DNA of 36,467 nt from an uncultured Methanosarcinales archaeon (lineage in GTDB: Archaea; Nanobdellota; Nanobdellia; Woesearchaeales; DATGWN01), in assembly GCA_964565095.1 (NCBI GenBank), contig CAZMDB010000003.1:1-36467 (forward strand), in the 5' to 3' direction. This document shows positions 7,334 to 16,600 of the stretch, piece by piece; positions within the stretch are counted from its first letter, which is position 1; each line of letters begins with the position of its first letter. The notes under the pieces were generated by a model. The model worked only from the letters and a program-made list of their open reading frames with translations, did no database searches and was not told where the DNA came from. A program made the position numbers and the translations under genes.

Positions 7334-8452
7334 TCATTGCTTCCTCATGATACGGTTCTTCCGTTTCCGCCATAGTAGGGTGATACACAGGATGGATATG
7401 ATGGAGAGAAGGATTGCTGCAGGCAAAAACAAAGTCCCAGTCATGTCGCCCTCTAGTATGGAGTAGCCGGTGATGCCGTTCTTGCGGATCTGTGTCGAGG
7501 GGTGCTGGTTGTGCAGGGAGACTTGGGAGACGGCGACACCATGAAGATAGGCGGTGAAGTTATGAGAGTGATCGCATCCTGATACAAGGAAATGGACAGG
7601 AATGGAATGGTCCGGTATACTGCGACCACGATATAGTATCTGATGGGGGTTGTCAGTCGCTGTCACGGTCATTGGTCCGCTAAGAGTACCGTTATTGAAG
7701 AAGAAGCCCGAGACCTGAGTTGCATTGCCAGCACATGTGCTTTCAACATCCAGATATCCTGCAGCAGATAGCGTACCGATAGGATGTACATGGATAGGCC
7801 GAATGAGTGTTGTCGTCGTGGTATTGTCAGTATCCTTTAGATCAGGACTAGAGAGCACGTTGACTCGCAGGAGAGAATCACTGCGGAGTACGGAGATGTT
7901 GATGAGAGCGGTTCTTGTCTCCCGGGGATAGATGTCATCTTGCAGCCGCACAATCGGTTGACCGTCAATTGCGGCGCTCATCTCGTATTCTTCACGGATA
8001 TTGCCGTGATTGCGCAGTATGATCGTTGCAAAGCCGGGGAAATGCTGCTCCAGATGGATGGTGTCACACTCAATGCTGATATTCCTGTGCACAAGGCGGT
8101 CGATCCTGAAGCGGATGCTGCTTGCAACTACGGCAGCGATTCCTTGTGATTGTTGCTGAAAACTGATATTGCAGGTGTGGTTGCCGGAGCTAAGGTAGGA
8201 GGGTATCTCTATAGGCACAGCGACTCGTTCTTGGGTATGTGCAGGAATTTCTGTGATCTGTCTCTGGATGCAGTCGCCTTGAATAATGACCTGTAAGGGG
8301 ATGCTCTCTGTATTATAGAGGTTGAACTCTAGCACATGCTGTTCTCCCACAATGACGTTGCGGAGGTCATACTGTATAGGTGAGACAACCAATGCTGATG
8401 ATTCCTGTAGTGCGATACACATCAGCATCAGTATGATAGTGATCCGTCTCAT
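7334..8452 (-). CDS. Secreted, C-terminally anchored beta-sandwich (Ig-like) surface protein
   Basis: Signal peptide (MRRITIILMLMCIALQESSA), LRNHGN motif, ITGYSI before a C-terminal TM helix and basic tail. Overlaps the stop of the upstream gene by 4 nt. Confidence 0.75.
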   Translation of the reverse strand: MRRITIILMLMCIALQESSALVVSPIQYDLRNVIVGEQHVLEFNLYNTESIPLQVIIQGDCIQRQITEIPAHTQERVAVPIEIPSYLSSGNHTCNISFQQQSQGIAAVVASSIRFRIDRLVHRNISIECDTIHLEQHFPGFATIILRNHGNIREEYEMSAAIDGQPIVRLQDDIYPRETRTALINISVLRSDSLLRVNVLSSPDLKDTDNTTTTTLIRPIHVHPIGTLSAAGYLDVESTCAGNATQVSGFFFNNGTLSGPMTVTATDNPHQILYRGRSIPDHSIPVHFLVSGCDHSHNFTAYLHGVAVSQVSLHNQHPSTQIRKNGITGYSILEGDMTGTLFLPAAILLSIISILCITLLWRKRKNRIMRKQ

Positions 8453-9696
8453 TTTGCAGCGTGCCCGATGATGCTGATGGCACCTTCTATGCGATCCTGG
8501 CTTAGTGTCTGTTCAACATGGGGAGTGATGTCCAAAGGCAATGCTGCAGAGGGAAGCAGCCTTGCAGGGATCTGTCCGGAATTATTCAGCGCAAGCCCAG
8601 TTGTGGATGAGGATACATTCAGCCATGTCTGCGGCAGCGAGTGGCCGAGACTGAAGTCCAGCATCGTGTTCCCCTTATTGCGAAGGGTAATCTGCTGCGA
8701 TGGATTTTCCTGTCCTGGCTTTACGTCTTGCCAGACCAATCTGGAGGGCTCGATAGAGAATCCAGCAGCAGCTACATAGGTGAAAAAGATGTCCTGGCTT
8801 GTCTCGGCGCTGCCGTCTGCGGCAGTCATCCGAAGTATGTAGTCGCCAGCCAGCAGGTCAGTGGCCATAGGAAGGCTCAATTCGGTAGCATTTGTTGTGA
8901 AATTATAGTTGGTGATCAGCTGCCCCTCATGGTACAATGTCCCCACTACTGATTCTATATCATGCGCTCCGTTCGGATCAACGATGCGCATGTCGCAGCT
9001 GAGTCTGCTACTGTCTATGATTCCTGGATAGATCTGGAGCCCGGTCATGAATGCATCGTCATCGGTGCAGTTCTCGATCGCTTCGATGACGGGTGGATGG
9101 TTGGCAAGAAATATGGTGACATTGATTTCCCGCGTGTCCAGCGGACCTGCTTTCTGCGGTATACGCTCGATATAGCTGAAATCTTCCGCATTATTGTCTG
9201 TATCTACTGGCAGCAATCCTTCTTCGGTATCGATGAATATGCGTGACAGGACCAGAGAACCTTGTCCCGGATCTGCGGGAGTGGTCTCATAGTATTCCGG
9301 GTGTGAATGCTCCCCCCATCCGACCAGATCCAATGTGGTCTGGTTGCAGATGAGTTTAATTGCATCAGGTCCATTCTGCAGATTAAGTCCAGTAGTGAAA
9401 TCCGGTTCTGGTGACACATCTTCTTCTCCGATGAGAAGATAGCTGCCTGCAGGCATCGAGACGTTGCCGTGCCACTGCGTGCTCCAATCATCCTGGGAAG
9501 CCCCGTTCCCGAAACTGATCAGGCAGGGCGCGGTGAAGTGGACGTCTGCGGGATTATATATCTCGATCCATTCTTTGCCTTCATCGTATCCTTCTGGATC
9601 AAATAGGATACCGCTGATGAGCGGTTGGGCAGATGCGGCTGTGGCCATCATTAATGTACAACAGATAAGGAGAGTGTAGTGCATATGTCGTTTCAT
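8449..9696 (-). CDS. Lamin-tail-domain (LTD) surface protein with Ig-like domains
   Basis: Signal peptide, then PLISGILFDPEGYDEGKEWIEIYNP, LQNGPDAIKL, DLVGWG and DTDNNAEDF, which are typical LTD motifs. Start uncertain (9738, 9696 or 9684). Confidence 0.82.
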   Translation of the reverse strand: MKRHMHYTLLICCTLMMATAASAQPLISGILFDPEGYDEGKEWIEIYNPADVHFTAPCLISFGNGASQDDWSTQWHGNVSMPAGSYLLIGEEDVSPEPDFTTGLNLQNGPDAIKLICNQTTLDLVGWGEHSHPEYYETTPADPGQGSLVLSRIFIDTEEGLLPVDTDNNAEDFSYIERIPQKAGPLDTREINVTIFLANHPPVIEAIENCTDDDAFMTGLQIYPGIIDSSRLSCDMRIVDPNGAHDIESVVGTLYHEGQLITNYNFTTNATELSLPMATDLLAGDYILRMTAADGSAETSQDIFFTYVAAAGFSIEPSRLVWQDVKPGQENPSQQITLRNKGNTMLDFSLGHSLPQTWLNVSSSTTGLALNNSGQIPARLLPSAALPLDITPHVEQTLSQDRIEGAISIIGHAAK

Positions 9697-9888
9697 GTTC
9701 TTTGTCACCTGTACCAATGCGCTTGGTAATCTCTTCATCAGTGTTTCCAGTCATCATCCGGAAGATATTTGTTGTGTCCGGTCATCTGTATGGTTTGTGG
9801 ATCATGGCTTGTAGAAGTGCTGCACAATAGAATCATTTATTAATGACTACCACAGATTTTCCCTTGTTATTCCAAAAGGAGGGTTAGA

Positions 9889-10392
9889 ATGGCAGAATCA
9901 AAATTCACAAGGCAACAGAAACAATTATGGAAGACGGTGGATCGCTTCAGGGATGAATACAGGAAGTATCTCAAGCTTCTTTCCAAAGATGAAATGGTAG
10001 ATGAGCTGCTGGATTCAGCTGTGGATCGCAGCTATGGAGCCTTCACTACGGATCTTTTGATGAATTTCCTCTTAGAGGAAGAGTATCTTACTGAAGATGA
10101 GGCTAATAGGCTGCCACTGGAGTATTTCCGCCAGCAGATCAAGGATCTGCAGCAGAGGCGTCGCGAGTTGCGGTCGTCTGCGCCAAAAATGAAGAAGCAG
10201 TCTATCAAGGCTTCCGGCAAGAAAGCCCAGACCAAAGCGTCGTCCGGAAAAAGAACTGCCAAGAAGGCATCCAAGTCCAAGAAGACGTCAAAGGCCAGTC
10301 GGGCCAGGAAATCCAGTAAGAAAGGATCTAGTTCCTCCAGGAAAACAAGCGGAAAGAAGAGTGCCCGGAAGCGGCCTACTAAAAAGAGATAG
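9889..10392 (+). CDS. Hypothetical protein with an acidic helical N-domain and a Lys/Ser/Ala-rich histone-H1-like tail
   Basis: GGAGG SD upstream; the C-terminal ~70 aa are almost only K/S/A/R/G/T. Confidence 0.75.
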   Translation: MAESKFTRQQKQLWKTVDRFRDEYRKYLKLLSKDEMVDELLDSAVDRSYGAFTTDLLMNFLLEEEYLTEDEANRLPLEYFRQQIKDLQQRRRELRSSAPKMKKQSIKASGKKAQTKASSGKRTAKKASKSKKTSKASRARKSSKKGSSSSRKTSGKKSARKRPTKKR

Positions 10393-10456
10393 ATGCTTCC
10401 TACTGGACTAATGGAGGCGGCCTGTCGGGGCGCTATCAAAAAAAAGAGGTAGTAGA

Positions 10457-11635
10457 GTGTATTTTCTTATCATTAATGTGGGGTTGTCTGCTGTACGGTT
10501 CATGGTAGCGACCATGCCCGGCAGGAAGGTCGAGCTTGAGGGAGAGATCCGTGGCTGGGGCCTTGGAGAGGATGCGGGTAGTCAATTAACTTACACGCAC
10601 GGGGCCAGGAACGTACAGAAACAGTGTCATTGCCCGGATATTGTCTCTGCCTGCGGGATCATCAGCGGTCTCATGGTGGAATTGGATCTGCACGATTTTG
10701 ATGCGGTCGTCCATCATGTGATGCATGGCGGCAAGAGGTATCGCGCTCCTGTTGTTGTTGATAAGCGGGTATTGCGTCATCTCCGCTCTCTTGATGCGTT
10801 TGCTCCCTTGCACAACCCGCCTGCTCTTTCTATGGTAGAAGAGATGATGGACATGTATTCTCACGCGTCCCAGGTGTGTGTCTTCGATACTGGTTTCCAT
10901 GCTGACATGCCTGCGTATAACACAATGATTCCGCTTGCTGCTGAATTCACGCAGGATGTGCAGCGATATGGGTTCCATGGCATCAGCTATGAGGGGTTGG
11001 TTGAGGATGCGACTATGTACCTGCAGAAGAAAGGGCTTGCTGACAGGCGATTGGTGCTGGTTCACATCGGCAATGATGTGAGCGTGTGTGCCACCAGGGA
11101 TGGTATCTCGCAGAATACTTCCATGGGTTTTTCTCCTCTGTCGGGTCCCATTATGGGACGAAGGACCGGTGATATCGACTTCGCAGCACTTTATCATATC
11201 GCGCAAAAAGAAGATATGGATATGGATGAGATGTATGAGCTTCTGAATTCCCATGGAGGGTTCGAGGGGCTGACCCATCATAGTGACATCAGGGATGTGA
11301 AGCGATTGGCTGATCAGGGAAGCGTGCGATGCGTGGAGGCTCTGGATATGTTCGGTATGCAGGTGGCCCGTCTGATCGTCTCGTATGGATGCGATCTGGA
11401 TGGAATAGATGCCATTGTTTTTTCCGGAGGCGCAGGGAGCCATGCGCCGTGGTTGCGTAGTCTCATATGCGGAAATCTGGGATGGATGGGAGTCAGGATG
11501 TCTGCGGCTAAGAATGAGAGGGTTATGCAGGGGATGGTTTCTACTGCATCTTCACGGATTCCTGTGCTCATCTTTCCCAGCAGAGAACAGATGGTCATGC
11601 TGGAGAAGGCATATGCTTTTCTGCAGGCGGAATGA
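10457..11635 (+). CDS. ackA: Acetate/propionate kinase family protein (divergent active site)
   Basis: APLHNP, VFDTGFH, RYGFHGISY, TSMGFSPLSG..MG.R.GDID, DAIVFSGG. Several catalytic motif positions are altered (see findings). Confidence 0.88.
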   Translation: MYFLIINVGLSAVRFMVATMPGRKVELEGEIRGWGLGEDAGSQLTYTHGARNVQKQCHCPDIVSACGIISGLMVELDLHDFDAVVHHVMHGGKRYRAPVVVDKRVLRHLRSLDAFAPLHNPPALSMVEEMMDMYSHASQVCVFDTGFHADMPAYNTMIPLAAEFTQDVQRYGFHGISYEGLVEDATMYLQKKGLADRRLVLVHIGNDVSVCATRDGISQNTSMGFSPLSGPIMGRRTGDIDFAALYHIAQKEDMDMDEMYELLNSHGGFEGLTHHSDIRDVKRLADQGSVRCVEALDMFGMQVARLIVSYGCDLDGIDAIVFSGGAGSHAPWLRSLICGNLGWMGVRMSAAKNERVMQGMVSTASSRIPVLIFPSREQMVMLEKAYAFLQAE

Positions 11636-11667
11636 GCGCAGGTCCTCGTCTGGGCATGCAAGAAATA

Positions 11668-11675
11668 TTTATAAA
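11668..11675 (+). promoter_or_regulatory. TATA box for the surface-protein operon
   Basis: AGAAATA-TTTATAAA about 24 nt before the ATG at 11699, implying a leaderless transcript. Confidence 0.6.
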
Positions 11676-11698
11676 CAACAAGAAAGGGATATTAGTTG

Positions 11699-13672
11699 AT
11701 GAGAAAAAGAGGGCAGGTGAGTTTCTTCATCGTTGCCGGTCTGGTACTTGTGTTCGCTGTGGGTCTTTTTTTAGTCATCATGAGCAATCAGGTCCCGCAG
11801 ACTTCTGATATTGTGCCTGAAGCAAAGACGCCCTTGGAGCGTTTTGTCGCGGGGTGCATGAAGCGTACTGCGATGGATGGGTTGTTCCTCATGGGACTCC
11901 AAGGTGGTTATGTGCAAGTCCCAGAAGCTTTCCGCAGCCATCCGATGCTTGCTATCTCCCCCCATCCGGAAGTGCCGGTCCGTACGCCTGTATGGTATTA
12001 TGAAGGGCAGAGATATGCGCCCAGCATAGCGCAGATGGAGGCAGAGCTTGCTGGATATGTGACGGAGCACGTGCGATATTGCCTGCAGAATCTTAGTGAT
12101 GTGGATGTCATTGAGGGAGTGGTGGAGCTGGGGGAACCGAATGCCACAGTGCGGATAAATACAGGTGATGTGTATGTGCGGATGGGATATGAAGTGGTGA
12201 CAGACCAGGGAGATCGCAGAAGCAGTCGTGATATGTTCGCAATATCCATCCCAGTTACGATCCCTGCTGTGCATGAGGTCGCTACATCGGTCATGGATGC
12301 CTTGGTGAGAGAGGATTATTTGGAGGAGTTCACGATCCATCTCATGGCGGCAGCTGATCCTGTGATTCCCATGAGTGGAATGACACTTTCCTGTGATGAG
12401 CCGGTATGGATAGAGCATCAGGTACAGCAAGAGATTGCAGACCTGTTGTACTACAATATCCCACGGATCCGTCTGCAGAACACCAATCATCGTCCTTATC
12501 AAGAGCCTCAGCGCGCATATGAGAAATACTCGGATCTTTCCATGGAGGAGTTCGAGAGCCGTTATTGCACCGAGAAGGGATGTACCTTGCCTGATCGGCC
12601 GTCGGATCATTTCGAGTATACGCAGCTGCAATTCGATGCAGGACTCCCCGCAGGCGTGGATGATGAACGCATCAGTGTCTCTTTCCGTTATCTTCCTCAT
12701 TATCCATTCATCATGAATGTGCGGCCGAGTTCAGACGGACAGATGCGTTCTGTGACAGAGCAAGGTGAATCGGAGTATCTGGATTTTTTCTGCATGAATG
12801 TGTACCATTTTACCTACGATCTCATATTCCCAGTAGAGGTCGTAGTCCACCAGGAAGGAGCGTATGGGGACGGTACAGATATGGTGCTTCGCTATACGAT
12901 ACCGGTGATGATAGAGAAGAATCTGCCATCAAAAACCTCTTTCAGTTCAGTCCACTTGATGCCTCAGCAGGGAGATGAAGCTTTCTGCAATAGCACTTTT
13001 GATCAGGATACCCACATCTATGCGTTGGATACGGTGACCGGAGAGCGGATAGGTGAGGTGGATGTTTCTTTCGATTGCATCAATATGCGCTGTCCTCTTG
13101 GATCGACCAGAAGTGAACTTAATGGCGTGCAGCGATTGACGACCCGCCTTCCATCTGGGTGTTATGGAGGCATCATCCGTGCTCAGAAGCAAGGATATGT
13201 GTCCGACAGCATGCAGGTGCGTGGAGACGAAGATGGAGTGGAGCTTCGCCTGCATCCGTTACGGCCCGTATATTATCGAGTGGATATGTCGCAGAATAAT
13301 CTTCATTCTGCTGTTCCAAGCGCCCCGGTACCTCTGACCGACCGACAGGTGGCGTATGTGACGTTGCAGAGCCTGGATATGGATTATAAGGAATCATTTG
13401 TCTATGATCCCACACAGCAGGCGCAGTATCTCGAATTTCTTGCTGGCGGCGGTTCCTATAATCTGACGGTCTATGTCTATGATGATAGTGTGCTGATCGG
13501 CGGATATGCAGGCACGATTGAGGTGGGGGATGCACAGATGCAGAAGATGCTCATAATCCACGCATATGAGCAGATACCTCATCCGCAGGATACAGTGTCA
13601 GCGGGAAAACTATATATGTTCCTTAAAGAAGATGAAGAATACAAAGCATCATATGTTCCTGAATGGAGATGA
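11699..13672 (+). CDS. Large extracellular protein with a class III (archaeal prepilin-type) signal peptide
   Basis: MRKRG|QVSFFIVAGLVLVFAVGLFLVI matches the PibD/FlaK cleavage pattern (basic residues, G|Q, hydrophobic stretch). Paired Cys and a peptidase-regulatory-like beta domain (AQKQGY). Confidence 0.8.
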   Translation: MRKRGQVSFFIVAGLVLVFAVGLFLVIMSNQVPQTSDIVPEAKTPLERFVAGCMKRTAMDGLFLMGLQGGYVQVPEAFRSHPMLAISPHPEVPVRTPVWYYEGQRYAPSIAQMEAELAGYVTEHVRYCLQNLSDVDVIEGVVELGEPNATVRINTGDVYVRMGYEVVTDQGDRRSSRDMFAISIPVTIPAVHEVATSVMDALVREDYLEEFTIHLMAAADPVIPMSGMTLSCDEPVWIEHQVQQEIADLLYYNIPRIRLQNTNHRPYQEPQRAYEKYSDLSMEEFESRYCTEKGCTLPDRPSDHFEYTQLQFDAGLPAGVDDERISVSFRYLPHYPFIMNVRPSSDGQMRSVTEQGESEYLDFFCMNVYHFTYDLIFPVEVVVHQEGAYGDGTDMVLRYTIPVMIEKNLPSKTSFSSVHLMPQQGDEAFCNSTFDQDTHIYALDTVTGERIGEVDVSFDCINMRCPLGSTRSELNGVQRLTTRLPSGCYGGIIRAQKQGYVSDSMQVRGDEDGVELRLHPLRPVYYRVDMSQNNLHSAVPSAPVPLTDRQVAYVTLQSLDMDYKESFVYDPTQQAQYLEFLAGGGSYNLTVYVYDDSVLIGGYAGTIEVGDAQMQKMLIIHAYEQIPHPQDTVSAGKLYMFLKEDEEYKASYVPEWR

Positions 13673-16600
13673 CAATGACTAGGCGAGAAGGATTGAAGAG
13701 GGCAGTGAAGGCAGATGGTCTTGTCTGGCCCCAGGTGTTTTCTTGTCTGGTAATAGTACTGCTTCTGGGCATGACACCTGCTGTGCAGGCGATTTCGGTG
13801 CGTTCTGTGCAAGCTGTTCCGCGAGCTCGCGAAGCGGTGATCACATGGCAGACAGATGTTTTGGGGAATTCGTTTGTCAATTATACTGATGGGAATACCT
13901 CGCAGATTCTCAAGGATATGTCATATACAGATGATCACAGCATATCAATCACAGGACTTGAACCGAAAAAGCGGTATGAATATCAGGTGGTGTCTGTGGG
14001 ACTTGATGTGCCTGAGAAGGCAAAGAGTGATTGGCTTTCTTTTACGACTACGCCGGAGCTTTCGCAAGAACTTTTTTTCAACGCTGACATACCTGCCTAC
14101 ACGAATGGACAACCAGTTACTATCGAAGGGACAACGAATAAGGAAGCGCATGTGATCGTATATGTGGATGGCCTGCCTGCAGCAACCGAATATGCGGATA
14201 CGAACGGCAGTATCAGCGTGCGCAACGTGCGTATGGCGCGAGGGCGCAATGTCAGTCATGTCATGATTGAAGTGCAGCATCCTGCTACTGACAATATCCT
14301 GCAGAAGAACTATACTTTGCGGCTCGACCGGAAGGCTCCTACCATACACATCAATCCGATCCAGACTACCTCAACCACCGGGACAGTGCAGATAGAAGGC
14401 AGTGTCAGCGAATATGTGCGCATAGAGATATTCACCAAGAACGATGACGATGAGGTCGAAGACCAATTCAATCAGGAGGTAAATGATACGTTCTCTGCTA
14501 GTCTGCATCTCAATGACGGTCGTAATCTTATCAAGATGTTTGCCACGGATGCGGCCGGTAACGAGGTATCTCTGACAAGAACGGTATTTGTGGATACCGA
14601 GCCTCCGACTATCCTCAAGCATAATATCCATGACCTTGATCCAGCGTATTCACCGTCAGTGACCATCGAGGGTCAGGTCAGCGAGCCGAACATCCCTGTG
14701 CGTATCTATGTAAATCCGGATGATACCAAGAATGGGATTCATGTGTGCTCTGATGGTCTTGATAATGACGGGGATGGGCTCACGGATTATCTGCATGATC
14801 CCGGATGCGAATCACCTGATGATGTCTCAGAGATAGATCTCGGGCTGAATACTGCATGTTCGGATGGCAAGGATAATGATAACGATGGCCGGATCGATTT
14901 CTTGGATGATCCTGGCTGTGATTCTGAGAGCGATAATAGTGAAGAAGATTATAACGCCACAGTTACCGAGTGTAATGATGGTGTGGATAATGACATGGAT
15001 GGGAAGGTGGACTATCTGGAGGATGAGGGGTGTTCCAGCCTGAAGGATCAGAGTGAAGATAGCGAGAACGAGAATGTCGATTATTACGAGACCTACGCAG
15101 ATGAGGAAGGCCATTTCTCAAAGGACGTGACGCTGTCGCATGCATTGAGTTTGCGTAATCTGAAATTGAGCGAATCTGTCGAGGTCCTTCGGGATAAGGA
15201 TGTTGCGGGTATGGATGATTATCAGAAGTCCGACGGAGAATGGGCAGGAGAGGCTGCCTACGATACTGCTGGTGCTCCGGGTGACGAGGATTCCGCCAGG
15301 AATCTCATCCGCATCGTTGCCATCGATAAAGTTGGGCAGCGTGACACCGTGGAAGGAGAGATACGGTATGCTACTTGTGGAAAAGGCGGTGAATGGAATA
15401 TTGTCATGGGTGAAGTGTATCCAGGCATCATCCAGCCGGACCTTCTTTTCGAAGGGGCCGCACAGATCACATTCACGTTGGATCTGCAGTATTTCGGCAC
15501 AGGGGAGGAAGCGTACGTCTCTGCGGTATCCATGAGCAGCCGTGATCTCTCTGTTGCCGATAATAAGGATTTTGCCCCCAGCCAGGTGCTCAATCCGTCT
15601 TCAGGCTGCAGGATCTATCCGGAAGGACGCGTAGACAACAAGGCCTATGTGGTCTGTAATCTTAACAAGTACCCCCCCGAGCGATTGCGGGATGAGAATG
15701 AGGCATATGAAAAGCTAGAGGATATGGAGTCCTTCGTGTTCCCTCTCAAATTGCAGTTGGATTATGAATATGTCAATGCATATGGTGAACGCAAATCCAA
15801 GTTCCAGGAGAATTGTTTCGACATTGAACTTTTCATCGATCGTCGTCTTCCACCCGACAAAATTCCGGAGGGACTGCTTGAAGGAAGTGTCAATGCCCTC
15901 AACAAGACGATCGATGCCATAGATACGGTGCTCAAGCCGCTGCGGACCATCACTCTTGCTACTGCTGGAGCTTGTCTGGCGACGCATCTGGGTCTCTTCT
16001 TCCAGACGGCTTCACTCGAATATGCATGTCTCGGGATGCAGCAGAATGAGCTGCCTGCACTGGAACAAGCGCTTCGTGGGGCTGAGGATGGAGAGGAGGA
16101 TACAGCCATCGCTACAGTCTGTGAGAAAGGGGGTAAGGACGGCGATGATCAGAATCCTCTGGGGACCACCTGTAATGGATGTGCTGAGGCTGTCAAGCAG
16201 GTCATCAAGCTGCAGAAATTCTATGCAGGAGTCTGTGATCGTATCATGTGTCCATCGACCCCGACTGCTCAGAAGTATATCGAGGATATCAATCGCAATG
16301 ATGCCAGTGCCCGGACAAGCGCCTGCGATACGGTGGGCGGACAGCGCAATCCCTATATCCAGACCGCGCAGCATGCTATTGAGACCAATGATGAATTTAC
16401 CAAGGAGAAGGGGTGCGGAAAGGAGTACTATGATCAGTGGTCGACCTCATGCCTTGCCTACTCTGTCGGAGGGGACAATATCGTAGAGGCTTCGAAGAAT
16501 CTGGGACGCGATGAGAATGAGAGCAAGCGTTTCGGTCTGCAGGGGATGCTGAATCGGCTCAACAATCTGGACTTCTGCAAGGTTGCTGAAGACAAGAATA

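Noticed and set aside
10586-12700. Long antisense ORFs (285 aa and 309 aa)
   Set aside because: Mirror frames of ackA and the pilin-signal gene; His/Ile-rich composition typical of antisense shadows.
14746-15057. Repeats considered as a CRISPR array or DNA repeat element
   Set aside because: Conserved at the protein level with divergent codons, in frame within a CDS; no cas genes present.
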